Shown: positions 43,935 to 53,048, numbered from the stretch's first letter. The stretch is 64,000 bases of DNA from Anaerolineae bacterium (GCA_034435035.1 DAOTXW010000079.1:1551-65550); one strand, 5' to 3'. Numbers and translations are program-made. Notes: a model not told the origin generated them from the sequence alone.

Positions 43935-45758
43935 TCAGGGTGTAGTCTGCAGCGCCGGCTGCTTGTCGTGTTCTATGCCGGCCATCAGCAGCCCGAGTCG
44001 CTCGCGCGTTGCCTCGGAGGCAGGCATTTCTGCCACCAACTGACCATGGTAGATCACGATGATCCGGTCGGACAGAGACATAATCTCATCCAGCTCAGCC
44101 GAGACCAGCAGCACCCCGGCACCCGCATCGCGAGCCGCCACGATCTCGTTGTGGATGAACTCAATCGAGCCAATATCAAGGCCTCGGGTGGGCTGGCTGG
44201 CGATCAGGAGCCTGGGTTTACGCGTCAGTTCGCGAGCGACAATGACTTTCTGCTGATTGCCCCCGGAGAGGTTACCAGCCGGAATGAACAGGCTCGGTGT
44301 GCGGATGTCAAACTCGCTGATCAGCTGCTGGGCATGGTCAGCGATGTGCGCTTCGTCAAGGATGATGCCCTGGCTGAACGGTGGGTGGTAGTAATCAGAA
44401 AGGATCAGATTGTCTGCTACCGGGTAGGTTAGCACCAGCCCATAGCGCTGGCGATCTTCGGGAATATGCCCCGTGCCCAGGCTGGTCACCATGCGAGGCG
44501 GCCGCTGCGTGACATCCTGGCCCAGCACATGAATCGTACCGCCTTTGACCTCGCGCAGCCGCGTGATGGCTTCCACCAGCTCGGTCTGCCCATTGCCCTG
44601 CACCCCGGCTACCCCCACGATCTCGCCAGCTCGCAGTTGAAAGGATATTCCCTTAACAACCCGATGATGCCGATCGTCGTCAACCTGCAGGTTCTGCACA
44701 TCCAGCACCACATCTGTCGGGTTGGGCTCGGACTTGCGTACCTGGAGCAGCACTTCACGCCCGACCATCATGCGCGCCAGCGATTCACGCGTCGCTTCAG
44801 CCGGCACGGTCACTCCCACTACCTGCCCCCGGCGTAGCACGGTGATGCGATCTGCGATCGCCAGCACCTCCCGCAGTTTATGGGTGATGAAGATGATCGA
44901 GACTCCGCGCTCTGCCAGCCGCCGCATGACCTTGAACAGGTCGTCAGCTTCCTGCGGCGTGAGCACCGCAGTGGGTTCGTCGAGGATTAACACCTCCGCA
45001 TCACGGTACAGCGCCTTGATGATCTCGACGCGCTGCTGCGCCCCCACGGGCAAGGCACTGACCAGCGCCTGCGGGTTGACGTCCAGGCCGAATTCGCGTG
45101 ACAGAGCTTCGACGCGGCGGGCGACGCTCTGCTTGTCGAGCCAGCGCAGGTTGGCGATCCCGCCGATCAAGGCTCCAATCGCGGGCCAGGCCGGGATGGC
45201 AAACGGGCTGGCCAGCACCCTGCGTGAGAGGATCTCGTACAGCACGCCGAACCCGACTCCTGTCAGCACGCCCATCAGGAAGTGTCCGATCCGGAGCTTC
45301 AGCCTGAGAAGGCCCAGCAGCAGGTAGACGGCGGTGACGATCACCCAGTAGATAGCGGCAGGCATGCCGCCCAGCAGCCACGCTATCCCGCCTCCGATGG
45401 CAGCTGCGGCTGCCGCACTGAGCAGCACACTCCCTGTTGTCGTCTCTTCGCCGATCATGATGTTCTCAGTCACGGTCATGACGGGCACCAGCATGAAATG
45501 CTGGTGAACCATGCCAATGCCGTGGCGGATAGCATCGCGGGGATCATGAAATCGAACGACCTTGCCCCGGACCAAAATATCGCCTTCGTCCTGGTGGTAT
45601 AGACCGTACAGAATGTTCATCAGGGTGGATTTCCCCGCCCCGTTCTCGCCCAGCAGGGCATGAATCTCGCCCTTCTCAAGGGCATAATCGATCTCTCTGT
45701 TGGCGATGACTCCGGGGAATCGCTTGGTGATGCCTCGGGCTTCAATGACAGGGGTCAT
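43935..45758 (-). CDS. ABC transporter ATP-binding protein with duplicated NBDs and a hydrophobic insertion in NBD1
   Basis: NBD1: Walker A GENGAGKST, Q-loop HQHF, signature-region QQRVEI, Walker B LILDEPT. NBD2: LSGGNQQKV, LLIASQPTRGLD. Between NBD1 aa ~106 and ~206 lie about 4 hydrophobic helices absent from canonical homologues of ~510 aa. Confidence 0.9.
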   Translation of the reverse strand: MTPVIEARGITKRFPGVIANREIDYALEKGEIHALLGENGAGKSTLMNILYGLYHQDEGDILVRGKVVRFHDPRDAIRHGIGMVHQHFMLVPVMTVTENIMIGEETTTGSVLLSAAAAAAIGGGIAWLLGGMPAAIYWVIVTAVYLLLGLLRLKLRIGHFLMGVLTGVGFGVLYEILSRRVLASPFAIPAWPAIGALIGGIANLRWLDKQSVARRVEALSREFGLDVNPQALVSALPVGAQQRVEIIKALYRDAEVLILDEPTAVLTPQEADDLFKVMRRLAERGVSIIFITHKLREVLAIADRITVLRRGQVVGVTVPAEATRESLARMMVGREVLLQVRKSEPNPTDVVLDVQNLQVDDDRHHRVVKGISFQLRAGEIVGVAGVQGNGQTELVEAITRLREVKGGTIHVLGQDVTQRPPRMVTSLGTGHIPEDRQRYGLVLTYPVADNLILSDYYHPPFSQGIILDEAHIADHAQQLISEFDIRTPSLFIPAGNLSGGNQQKVIVARELTRKPRLLIASQPTRGLDIGSIEFIHNEIVAARDAGAGVLLVSAELDEIMSLSDRIIVIYHGQLVAEMPASEATRERLGLLMAGIEHDKQPALQTTP

Positions 45759-45850
45759 GAGCTTCTCCCTCGGTCAAGGGCTCAGGTTGAGGGGCAACGA
45801 CCGTTCCGGCCTCAGCGCATTATAGTATGAAAGCGGGGCAAAGACCAACT

Positions 45851-45885
45851 ATAAGAAAGGGGCTGCTCTTGGGCAGAACAGCCCC
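45851..45885 (-). terminator. Intercistronic terminator/attenuator between the binding-protein and ATPase genes
   Basis: Minus-strand reading: ggggctgttc-tgcccaa-gagcagcccc (10-bp stem, 1 mismatch) followed by TTTCTTAT. It sits 29 nt after the lipoprotein stop. Such hairpins commonly raise binding-protein stoichiometry. Confidence 0.45.
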
Positions 45886-45913
45886 TCCATATCCATACTG
45901 GATGCGGGAAAGG

Positions 45914-46984
45914 TTAATCCTCCCAGCCGGTGTCTACTGTGCCGGCAGCCAGGCCCTCACGCGCTGCGTCGACAGCATCCTTACATTCCTGAGGGATCTT
46001 GTCTTCCCAGTCGTGGTAGGGAGCCAGGCCCACACCGTTGTTGGCCACAGTTGCCAGGTTGACGCCTGCCTGGATCTCACCGGCCGCGAAGGCCTTGACG
46101 GCCTGGTTAGCCGCCACGTCCATGTTCTTGGCTGCGCTGGTCAGCAGCGACGAGGCTACTTCCGGATAGGTGAAATACTGGTCCACGTCAACGCCGATAG
46201 CCATCAGCCCGGCCTCATGCGCCGCCAGCAGACCGCCGTTGCCCGTGTTGCCGCCAACGCCGAAGATCACGTCGGCATTGTTCGCCAGCTGCTCCTGGCC
46301 TGCCTGCTTCCCGGTGGCCGGGTCGTTGAAGTCGGGGATGTAGACGTTCAGCGTCTCAACTTCGGGGTTCACCGAGCGGGCGCCGGTCTGGTAGCCGGTG
46401 ACGAACTTCTGTACCGGAGGGATTTCCATGCCCGAGACTGACCCGATGACGTTGGTCTCGGTCATGCAGCCAGCCAGCACCCCGGCCAGGTAGCCAACCT
46501 CGTCCTCGGCGAACATCAGACTGGTGACATTCGGCAGCACATCCGCGTAGCAGTCGTCCGTCACAGTCTCGGCATCCCCCAAGCACTTCCCGTCAGCATC
46601 CGGGAAGTAAGCAAAATCGATGATCGCGAAGTGCACATCCGGATGGGCCACAGCTGCCTTGGCTGTGGCATCGCCCATCAGGAAACCCACTGTGATGATC
46701 AGGTTGTAGCCTTCGCTCACGAAGTTCTCGATGTTTCGATCGTAGTCGGTTGGCGATTCAGACACAACGTAGGCGAAGTCCAGCCCGAGTTCTTCGGCAG
46801 CCTCGCGAGCGCCCTTGAGGGTGTATTCGTTGAAGCTGCGATCATTCTCGCCGCCGGTATCCAGTACCACCGCTATTCTAGCCTCGGCAGGCCCCTCTTC
46901 AGTGGCCGAGGTGGCTGTGCAGGCGCCCAGCAGCGCTGACAGCGCAAGCAGTACTGCAGCAAAAATCAGGATGCGCTTAGGCAT
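45914..46984 (-). CDS. BMP-family ABC substrate-binding lipoprotein (PnrA/Med/NupN-like)
   Basis: Signal peptide with Cys (LSALLGAC). Family blocks IAVVLDTGGENDRSFNE and GVDVDQY. Strong SD GGAGGAG 7 nt upstream. Confidence 0.9.
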   Translation of the reverse strand: MPKRILIFAAVLLALSALLGACTATSATEEGPAEARIAVVLDTGGENDRSFNEYTLKGAREAAEELGLDFAYVVSESPTDYDRNIENFVSEGYNLIITVGFLMGDATAKAAVAHPDVHFAIIDFAYFPDADGKCLGDAETVTDDCYADVLPNVTSLMFAEDEVGYLAGVLAGCMTETNVIGSVSGMEIPPVQKFVTGYQTGARSVNPEVETLNVYIPDFNDPATGKQAGQEQLANNADVIFGVGGNTGNGGLLAAHEAGLMAIGVDVDQYFTYPEVASSLLTSAAKNMDVAANQAVKAFAAGEIQAGVNLATVANNGVGLAPYHDWEDKIPQECKDAVDAAREGLAAGTVDTGWED

Positions 46985-47137
46985 GTCCTATTCTCCTCCA
47001 GGTCCTCAATGATAGGTAAAGAGTAGACTTGCCAACAGATTGCGTCGCAGTAGATCCAGACAATCTAGGAGCAGGCACCTCCTCGGGGACAGGGCTCGCC
47101 ATTCACTCAATTGCGAGCGAAGCGGAACGGCAAATCC

Positions 47138-47166
47138 AGTATAAGTCTCTTTTTGCCTGTGGGCAA
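47138..47166 (-). promoter_or_regulatory. Candidate sigma70-type promoter of the BMP ABC operon
   Basis: Minus-strand reading: TTGCCC, a 17-nt spacer, then TATACT. It predicts a ~145-nt leader before the ATG at 46984. It lies in the AT-richest stretch of the window. Confidence 0.4.
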
Positions 47167-47322
47167 GTACTCTGCTCTCTCAGATCAAATGCGACTCGCG
47201 CGATAGAGGAGGTCGCATGGATTCATGAGAACATTCTGCTGCCAGGACACTCGCAAGCTGCGAAAACGCAAATGCTCCCCGATCAATATATTTCTATATC
47301 AGAGTCTTGCAGTTAGTATGTG

Positions 47323-48990
47323 CTATGCTTCGCCAATGCGAATGCTGAGGGTTTCACTCCATGGGCCGGCGTGGCTGCCGGCAGTGGCCCGGATCCGGTA
47401 ATATAGCCGACCGGTCCGCCCCCACACCGGATGCCAGCGCGTGTCATCAGGCTTGACGCGGAACTCTTTCGCCGGGTTGAACCTCGGATTGTCAGCCTCC
47501 TGAATCTCGTAGCCACCTGCCCCCGGCGATTCCGACCACACCAGATGAGGTCGGTTGCGACTGTCCACGTGGCTGAGATCCAGCACCGGCCGGATCAGCC
47601 CGCCAACCGCTTCGCTCATATCCGCCGGTGCTGCATCGGATGACATATCCGGCCCGGGCTGCACAGGTGGCCGCTGATCCTGCTCACCCGCAGTACTAAC
47701 GCCTGATATCTGCTCAGACACCAACGTCTGGACAGCCGGTGAAGCCGGGAGGGATTCGCTGCTGCCGTTGCTTGCCGGGGCCGCATCCGGGCCGCCTGCC
47801 TGCGGCACTATCAGCGGGCGCCACTCCACCACTGGGCCGCTGATCGCAGGCGCCTCAATTGCAGTAGGTCCGGGAGGCGGTGTCGCTGACCCGATCGGCC
47901 GGCTGGGAATCCAGACGGGCAGAGTCTTCTGGGCGGGCATCGCAGCAGGCGCAGAACGCTGCGCCTCGGGCACCGTTGGAGCGAGAGGCTCAGCAGGAAG
48001 CGGCGAGACAGCTGGAGGCTCATCGGCCACAGCAGGGCTTCCACCCGGCAGGATAGGTTGCCAGTCGCTGACCACCCGCGACAGCGATTCGCGGTGGTAC
48101 AGCTCATTGATCACCTCGTACCAGGCTTTCATCGGCGGGCAGGCTTCGAGGTTTTCAGACGACCAGGCCTGTTCGAAAAGCTGTGCCAGCTGGCTGTGCA
48201 GGCCAGCCAGCACAGTATGCATCAGCTGGTAACGTGCGCAGTCCTGCTGCATCTCAGCAGCGCCGAAGAAGTGCTCCTCATCCGACTCTTTGCGGATACG
48301 CGGATCATGCCAGGCCGCCATCTCACTGATCAGGATCGCGCCTGCGAAGCGGTCGGCAGTTGGCTTCCATAAGCCCTGTGAGGCTGTGCGGTGCGCATAG
48401 CCGTCTGTACCGGCTGGCAGCGCTGCCGGCGGCATAAAATCAGGTGAGTAAAGGTCCTCCACATCGATCAGATGCGCTCGCCGGGTAGTACCGTTGATGA
48501 TGACATTCGGCCCGGCGATATCACAATGCGCCAGGCCTGACTCCTCCAGCGCAGACAGCACTTGGGCAGTCGCATTGGCAAAGGTCAGTGCATCCAGCCG
48601 GTTCAAAGGCGTGGCATTGATCACCATATCATACCAGGTCGAGCCGGTGATCCACGGCATCAGCACGGCATATTCAAGATCAGGGTAGTCCTCGAGCACG
48701 TCATCGTGCCTGCCATAGTGCAGACACTCACGTGCACACACCTCAAGGCCGGGCCACTGGGAGAAGCGAGCCAGCGCGTCACATACATTCACCAGCTCCT
48801 GCAGGCGATAGGCTTCTTTGAACTTCTTGAGCGCATACAGCCCTCCGTCAGAGCCGGAGACCTGATAAACAAACGCCTTGCGCCCTTCCTGGCCAAACGC
48901 AAACCGAGGTACTGAGGGATGCGGTCTGATTTGGTAAACCTGCCCACCGATCACGATCCGGTCATTGGGGTCCGGGTTGAATGCTTTCAT
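47323..48990 (-). CDS. Atypical Ser/Thr protein kinase-like protein with Pro-rich linker and one C-terminal FN3-like module (soluble)
   Basis: Kinase-core residues: YALKKF (beta3 Lys), LAHCDIAGPNVII (HRD-like HCD plus Asn), LIDVEDLY (DFG-like DVE). The C-terminal 85 aa read W..SPGAGGYEIQ...RLYYRIRA...GPWS (FN3-like). Start taken at MKAFNPDPN (48990; GAGGAA upstream), which aligns with the paralog start MFNPTLG. The ORF-track start is 49077. Confidence 0.7.
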   Translation of the reverse strand: MKAFNPDPNDRIVIGGQVYQIRPHPSVPRFAFGQEGRKAFVYQVSGSDGGLYALKKFKEAYRLQELVNVCDALARFSQWPGLEVCARECLHYGRHDDVLEDYPDLEYAVLMPWITGSTWYDMVINATPLNRLDALTFANATAQVLSALEESGLAHCDIAGPNVIINGTTRRAHLIDVEDLYSPDFMPPAALPAGTDGYAHRTASQGLWKPTADRFAGAILISEMAAWHDPRIRKESDEEHFFGAAEMQQDCARYQLMHTVLAGLHSQLAQLFEQAWSSENLEACPPMKAWYEVINELYHRESLSRVVSDWQPILPGGSPAVADEPPAVSPLPAEPLAPTVPEAQRSAPAAMPAQKTLPVWIPSRPIGSATPPPGPTAIEAPAISGPVVEWRPLIVPQAGGPDAAPASNGSSESLPASPAVQTLVSEQISGVSTAGEQDQRPPVQPGPDMSSDAAPADMSEAVGGLIRPVLDLSHVDSRNRPHLVWSESPGAGGYEIQEADNPRFNPAKEFRVKPDDTRWHPVWGRTGRLYYRIRATAGSHAGPWSETLSIRIGEA

Positions 48991-49040
48991 AAACTGGGCT
49001 TCCTCAAACGACTCGCAGCCATCCTCGAGTGGAGGGATGG

Positions 49041-51833
49041 CTACGCCATGATATCCACAGAGAGAGCATCGCTCCACAGGCTGTACTCACCCTGATCATC
49101 AACCGACCTCACGCGAAAGTAGTAACGCCCTGCTTCGTGAGGCCCCATCTCAAACTTCTGCACCGGGTGGAAAATCCTCTGCGTCCCCATAGTCAGTGAA
49201 GTGAACTCCGGACTGGCTGACTCCTGTAGCTCGTAATAGACACACCCCGGCAGGCCGTGCCAGGTGATCTCGAAGGGAATGGCCGCCTTCACCGGACCAG
49301 GGCCCCAGAGAGTTGGCGGCGCAGGGCGGCTTACCTGCACCGAGACAGGTTGGCTTGGCTGCCCTACCTGTGTGCGATCCGCAGCCTTAACGCGGAACCA
49401 GAAGCGCCCGCTGGTAGGAGCATTATAGGTGATGGCGGTTTCGTTCAGCGGGATCGTGGCGACTGTATCGACAAACGCCTCATCACGGGCGACTTCCAAC
49501 ACATAATGCGTTGCGCCGCTGACCGGCCCCCAGCCCAGATGGACAGCATGGGGCTTCTCAAGTGCATGATCGACCAGCACCGGCGCCCCGGGTGCCGCCC
49601 TCAGAATCAGCACATCACCGGACTGCCAGGCGCCCGGCACGCCTGACACTTCAGCCCGAACCCGGAACTGCACCGCATCCAGCCCTGACGGCCTTGCCAT
49701 CTCAAACTGAGTATCCCCACCCTGGTAAACCGTCACACCACCCGCCTCTTCCCGGGCAGGATCGAGCATCTCGACGCAGTAGGCAACCCGCCCGCCAACC
49801 GATCCCCATGACACGGCCAGGCGCCGCCCGCCCTCAGTCAGGGTTGTTTCCATCCACCCTGGCATCCCGGGTGCTATGGTAATGGTGGATACATTGCTCC
49901 AGGGCCCCTGACCGCTGCTGTTTGAGCCGCAGACTCGCACAAACAGCATGCCCGGCTCGCGTCTGGCAATCTCCATAGTAGTGTCGGCTTCAACATGCAC
50001 ACGGGCATTGCGAAAGCCACTGTCATCGGCTGTCTCGATAATGTACTCATCTGCTCCGGGGACCGCAGACCATTGCAGGTGGATCATCTGCAGGGTATCC
50101 GGACCCTCGATGCTTAGCTCAGGCGCTGAGGCCGGCGCAGGCGGGGCAATCGCCAGCATCTGCTCATTGCTCCACTCGCTGCAGGCATAATCGTTGCAGG
50201 CCCGAACCCGAAAGACAAATTGGCCAACGCCAAGTTCCGGCAGCGTGTAGAGGGTGTCCGTCAGCGAGATGATTGATTCCTCGCCGCTGTCTCGGCTCAC
50301 CTGCTGCAGCTCATAGCGGACAGCTCCCGGCACCGGCTGCCAGCGCAGTTCGACAGAGGCCCCGAACGAATAGCGCCCCATAGCCAGGTGGGGACGTGGC
50401 GGTGGTGGAATGCGGACCTCAACCGCCTGTGTGCTGCTCCAGGGCCCCGGCCCGCCGTCCGATATGGCTCGAACCCGATAGAAGAGATGCCCGGGCTCGG
50501 TGCTCGCCAGCGGAATGCTCCAGGATGTGCTCCGCCCGGCGTAGACGATCTCAGGCTCGCGGAAATCCGGATCACGCGCCTGTTCCAGCGTATACTCCAG
50601 TGAATCACCCTCTGCCGACCAGTTCAGGATCGGGGAGCGATCAGCATCAGACAGGCTGATCTGTGGCGCAGGGGGTGGCGGATAGGCCACCCGCGTCTGC
50701 CGCAGCTCACTCCACGGCGACATCCCGCCATGACGCCTAACTGCCCGGACGCGATAGTAATAGTGCCCCGGCGCTGGCGGAAAAGAGGGCCGCCATGTAG
50801 TTCCAGGGCCCGGCACTTCAATCACCTGTGAATCCGCGAGGGCGGGGTTGGTTGTCTGCTGGATCACGAAGCGATCGCGGTCCGAACCTTTCCAGTTCCA
50901 GCGCAGCTCATAATTACTGGCGCCGGTCGGGTTCCAGATCTGTTCTAGCCAGGGGCATTCAGCATTGGGATCCGGCATGGAGGGATCTGTATGGCCTTCA
51001 TACAGAGGTGTCCGCAAAACCACGTCGATGAAAGCCACGTCATCACTGGTCGGCAGCCGTGCGCCGGCATGAATCTCCCGGTCGAGCTGGCTGTCCCCAT
51101 AGTCCAGCACTTTGCTGGAATGAGTGCTCAGGCCATCGGTGAAGGCCGCGATGCGGCTTATTCCCGCCATCTCGCCCATCCAGGCATTCATCTGACCTTT
51201 GGTGCCATGAACGGTTGACCAGCGGTTGCTGTTGTCCCAGACGCCACCGATATCGACGGGTTTTCCCTCCTCATCACGCACATGGACCTGGGTGTCGCCC
51301 ATCCAGCAAAGCGAAACGAGGCCTTCCGGGAATAGAGGACCCGGATGGTCAATGCGGGCTGCGGCGAAGATCGCCTCACTGCCGTAGGCGCGCTGGGCCT
51401 CCAATGCCTGCCTGACCAGCCCCGATATTTCATCCGGGATCTGATAAGCAGCGACTTCGTGCTGAGCCTGCTTCTGCAGACGGTTGAGATAGCTGGATGC
51501 TGCTTCGCTCAGAGCCATAGCACCACCCAGGTACGCCACTTCAAGCGCCCAGAGCCACTCAAGCAGCCCGTCGCCGAGAATCCGCGCAGCCAGATTGCCA
51601 CAGAATGACGAGCCCACTCCGTCGCACACAACGAATACCAGCCGTTGATCATTGTGCTGGAAGCAGAGATAATCCTGCCCTTCGATCTGGCTGCTCATGC
51701 TGTCGCTGGAGCGCGAGTAGGCATAGCGGATATAAGCGCCGGGCACCGAGACAAAAGACACCCCGGTCTCTATAGTCTGCGGCACGCGCTGCGTGCGGAT
51801 CGGTACAACCTCAGAACGTCCGGGGAAGTTCAT
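49041..51833 (-). CDS. PP2C-like phosphatase fused to seven FN3-like modules (no signal peptide or TM seen)
   Basis: PP2C motifs in order: GQDY, VVCDGVGSSF, WMGDTQVHV, FTDGLS, SDDVAFIDVV. They are followed by 7 repeats each ending in [YF]xx[RV]V[RKC][AG]...W[SQ]. Start taken at MNFPGRSEV (51833), which overlaps the upstream kinase stop by 23 nt. The ORF-track start is 51911. Confidence 0.7.
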   Translation of the reverse strand: MNFPGRSEVVPIRTQRVPQTIETGVSFVSVPGAYIRYAYSRSSDSMSSQIEGQDYLCFQHNDQRLVFVVCDGVGSSFCGNLAARILGDGLLEWLWALEVAYLGGAMALSEAASSYLNRLQKQAQHEVAAYQIPDEISGLVRQALEAQRAYGSEAIFAAARIDHPGPLFPEGLVSLCWMGDTQVHVRDEEGKPVDIGGVWDNSNRWSTVHGTKGQMNAWMGEMAGISRIAAFTDGLSTHSSKVLDYGDSQLDREIHAGARLPTSDDVAFIDVVLRTPLYEGHTDPSMPDPNAECPWLEQIWNPTGASNYELRWNWKGSDRDRFVIQQTTNPALADSQVIEVPGPGTTWRPSFPPAPGHYYYRVRAVRRHGGMSPWSELRQTRVAYPPPPAPQISLSDADRSPILNWSAEGDSLEYTLEQARDPDFREPEIVYAGRSTSWSIPLASTEPGHLFYRVRAISDGGPGPWSSTQAVEVRIPPPPRPHLAMGRYSFGASVELRWQPVPGAVRYELQQVSRDSGEESIISLTDTLYTLPELGVGQFVFRVRACNDYACSEWSNEQMLAIAPPAPASAPELSIEGPDTLQMIHLQWSAVPGADEYIIETADDSGFRNARVHVEADTTMEIARREPGMLFVRVCGSNSSGQGPWSNVSTITIAPGMPGWMETTLTEGGRRLAVSWGSVGGRVAYCVEMLDPAREEAGGVTVYQGGDTQFEMARPSGLDAVQFRVRAEVSGVPGAWQSGDVLILRAAPGAPVLVDHALEKPHAVHLGWGPVSGATHYVLEVARDEAFVDTVATIPLNETAITYNAPTSGRFWFRVKAADRTQVGQPSQPVSVQVSRPAPPTLWGPGPVKAAIPFEITWHGLPGCVYYELQESASPEFTSLTMGTQRIFHPVQKFEMGPHEAGRYYFRVRSVDDQGEYSLWSDALSVDIMA
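49044..50960 (-). repeat. Coding tandem array of seven ~85-90-aa FN3-like modules
   Basis: Module ends read HYYYRVRAV, LFYRVRAIS, FVFRVRACN, LFVRVCGSN, VQFRVRAEV, FWFRVKAAD and YYFRVRSVD. Each is preceded by W..(V)PGA..Y.L/I and followed by (P)W(S). The repeats diverge at the DNA level. Confidence 0.65.
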
Positions 51834-53022
51834 GATGTTTGTTTGCCCACCACATGATGCTTGCCAGCGGCAGACCCAGTGCTGCCGCGCCCGTCCCGCA
51901 CGGAAGGACATCTTGAATGGCCGACCACTCGAGGGCCAGCCCGGTCACCACACAGCATGCCAGCCCGACTACGCCTGCAATGACGAAGGCGCGTAAACAC
52001 CCCTCCAGCCGCGAGCGAGGGCCGCGCCCCGCCGCCAGCCCGGGGGCCGCCCCGGAAGCGGTTCTTACAGGGTCCGCTGCGGGCTCGACAAAGATGCGAG
52101 TGTCGATCGGCGCCCACTTCGCTACCGGCGCACGCGGCAGGGCATCCAGCAGATCGTACCATGTTTTCAAAGGTGGGCAGGATTCCAGGGATTGAGCCCA
52201 CCAGGTCTCCTCAAAGAGCTCCGCAAAACCCGCATCGTAGACCTGCAGGGCACGACACAGAATGTCGAAGCGCTCGCTTGGCTGCTGCAGCTCACTCGGG
52301 GCGAAGTAGCTCTCCCCGTAGGCGTTTTTTCGGACGTCGGGATGCGGCCAGCTGAGCATCTCAGCCATCAGGATAGCCCCGGCAAATCGATCTCCCAACG
52401 GCCCCCACTGCCCGGTTTTAACGACCTGAGAGTGCTGATAGCCGCTTGAGCCTGCGGGCACCATCGGGGGAGGCGTAAGCCACGGGCTGTACAGATCTTC
52501 TACGTCCACCAGATGTATCTGGTCAAGCCGCGGGTCGATAATCACGTTGCCGCTGGAGAGGTCGCAGTGAGCCAGGCTGTTGAGCTCCAGCGCGTGCAGC
52601 ACCCAGGCCATGCTCTCCGCCACGGCGCGGCCCTGATCCAGCGTCAGACGCTGGCGGTGATTCAGATAGTCAAACCAAGTCTTGCCCTCAATCCAGGGCA
52701 TTACCATAGCATAATTGAGATCCTCATACTCCGCGACCAGATCGGGAAATGACTCGGCAGTGATGATGGCCTGCTGGCAAACTCGCATCCCCGGCAGTTC
52801 ATGATAGGTCCACAGTGCCTGTGCCGTGCTGAGCAGCCCTTCATGCCGGAAAGCCGGCTTGAAGACCTTCAGTGCATAGTCTTCGCCGTGATCCTGCATC
52901 CGGTAAACAATCGCATGCCGGCCTTCCTGCCCCCAGACGAGTGAAGGAGCTGCCGGGTGCGGAGCAAAGCGATATTCTCGCCCATTGATGATAAGCCGTG
53001 TTCCAAGAGTTGGGTTAAACAT
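51811..53022 (-). CDS. Atypical Ser/Thr protein kinase-like protein, C-tail membrane-anchored (paralog of 47323-48990)
   Basis: YALKVF, LAHCDLSSGNVII and LVDVEDLY, collinear with the other kinase. The C-terminus has two hydrophobic helices (AFVIAGVVGLACCVVTGLAL; AAALGLPLASIMWWA). Confidence 0.7.
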   Translation of the reverse strand: MFNPTLGTRLIINGREYRFAPHPAAPSLVWGQEGRHAIVYRMQDHGEDYALKVFKPAFRHEGLLSTAQALWTYHELPGMRVCQQAIITAESFPDLVAEYEDLNYAMVMPWIEGKTWFDYLNHRQRLTLDQGRAVAESMAWVLHALELNSLAHCDLSSGNVIIDPRLDQIHLVDVEDLYSPWLTPPPMVPAGSSGYQHSQVVKTGQWGPLGDRFAGAILMAEMLSWPHPDVRKNAYGESYFAPSELQQPSERFDILCRALQVYDAGFAELFEETWWAQSLESCPPLKTWYDLLDALPRAPVAKWAPIDTRIFVEPAADPVRTASGAAPGLAAGRGPRSRLEGCLRAFVIAGVVGLACCVVTGLALEWSAIQDVLPCGTGAAALGLPLASIMWWANKHHELPRTF

Positions 53023-53048
53023 AATCTCAAGCTACCGCTGGCTCTTGT

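Noticed and set aside
47029-47316. 95-aa plus-strand ORF filling the AT-richer gap between the ABC operon and the kinase gene
   Set aside because: No Shine-Dalgarno and no recognisable fold or hydrophobic pattern. The region is better explained as the promoter and leader of the minus-strand ABC operon plus the 3' UTR of the kinase gene. This could be revisited if ribosome profiling shows translation.
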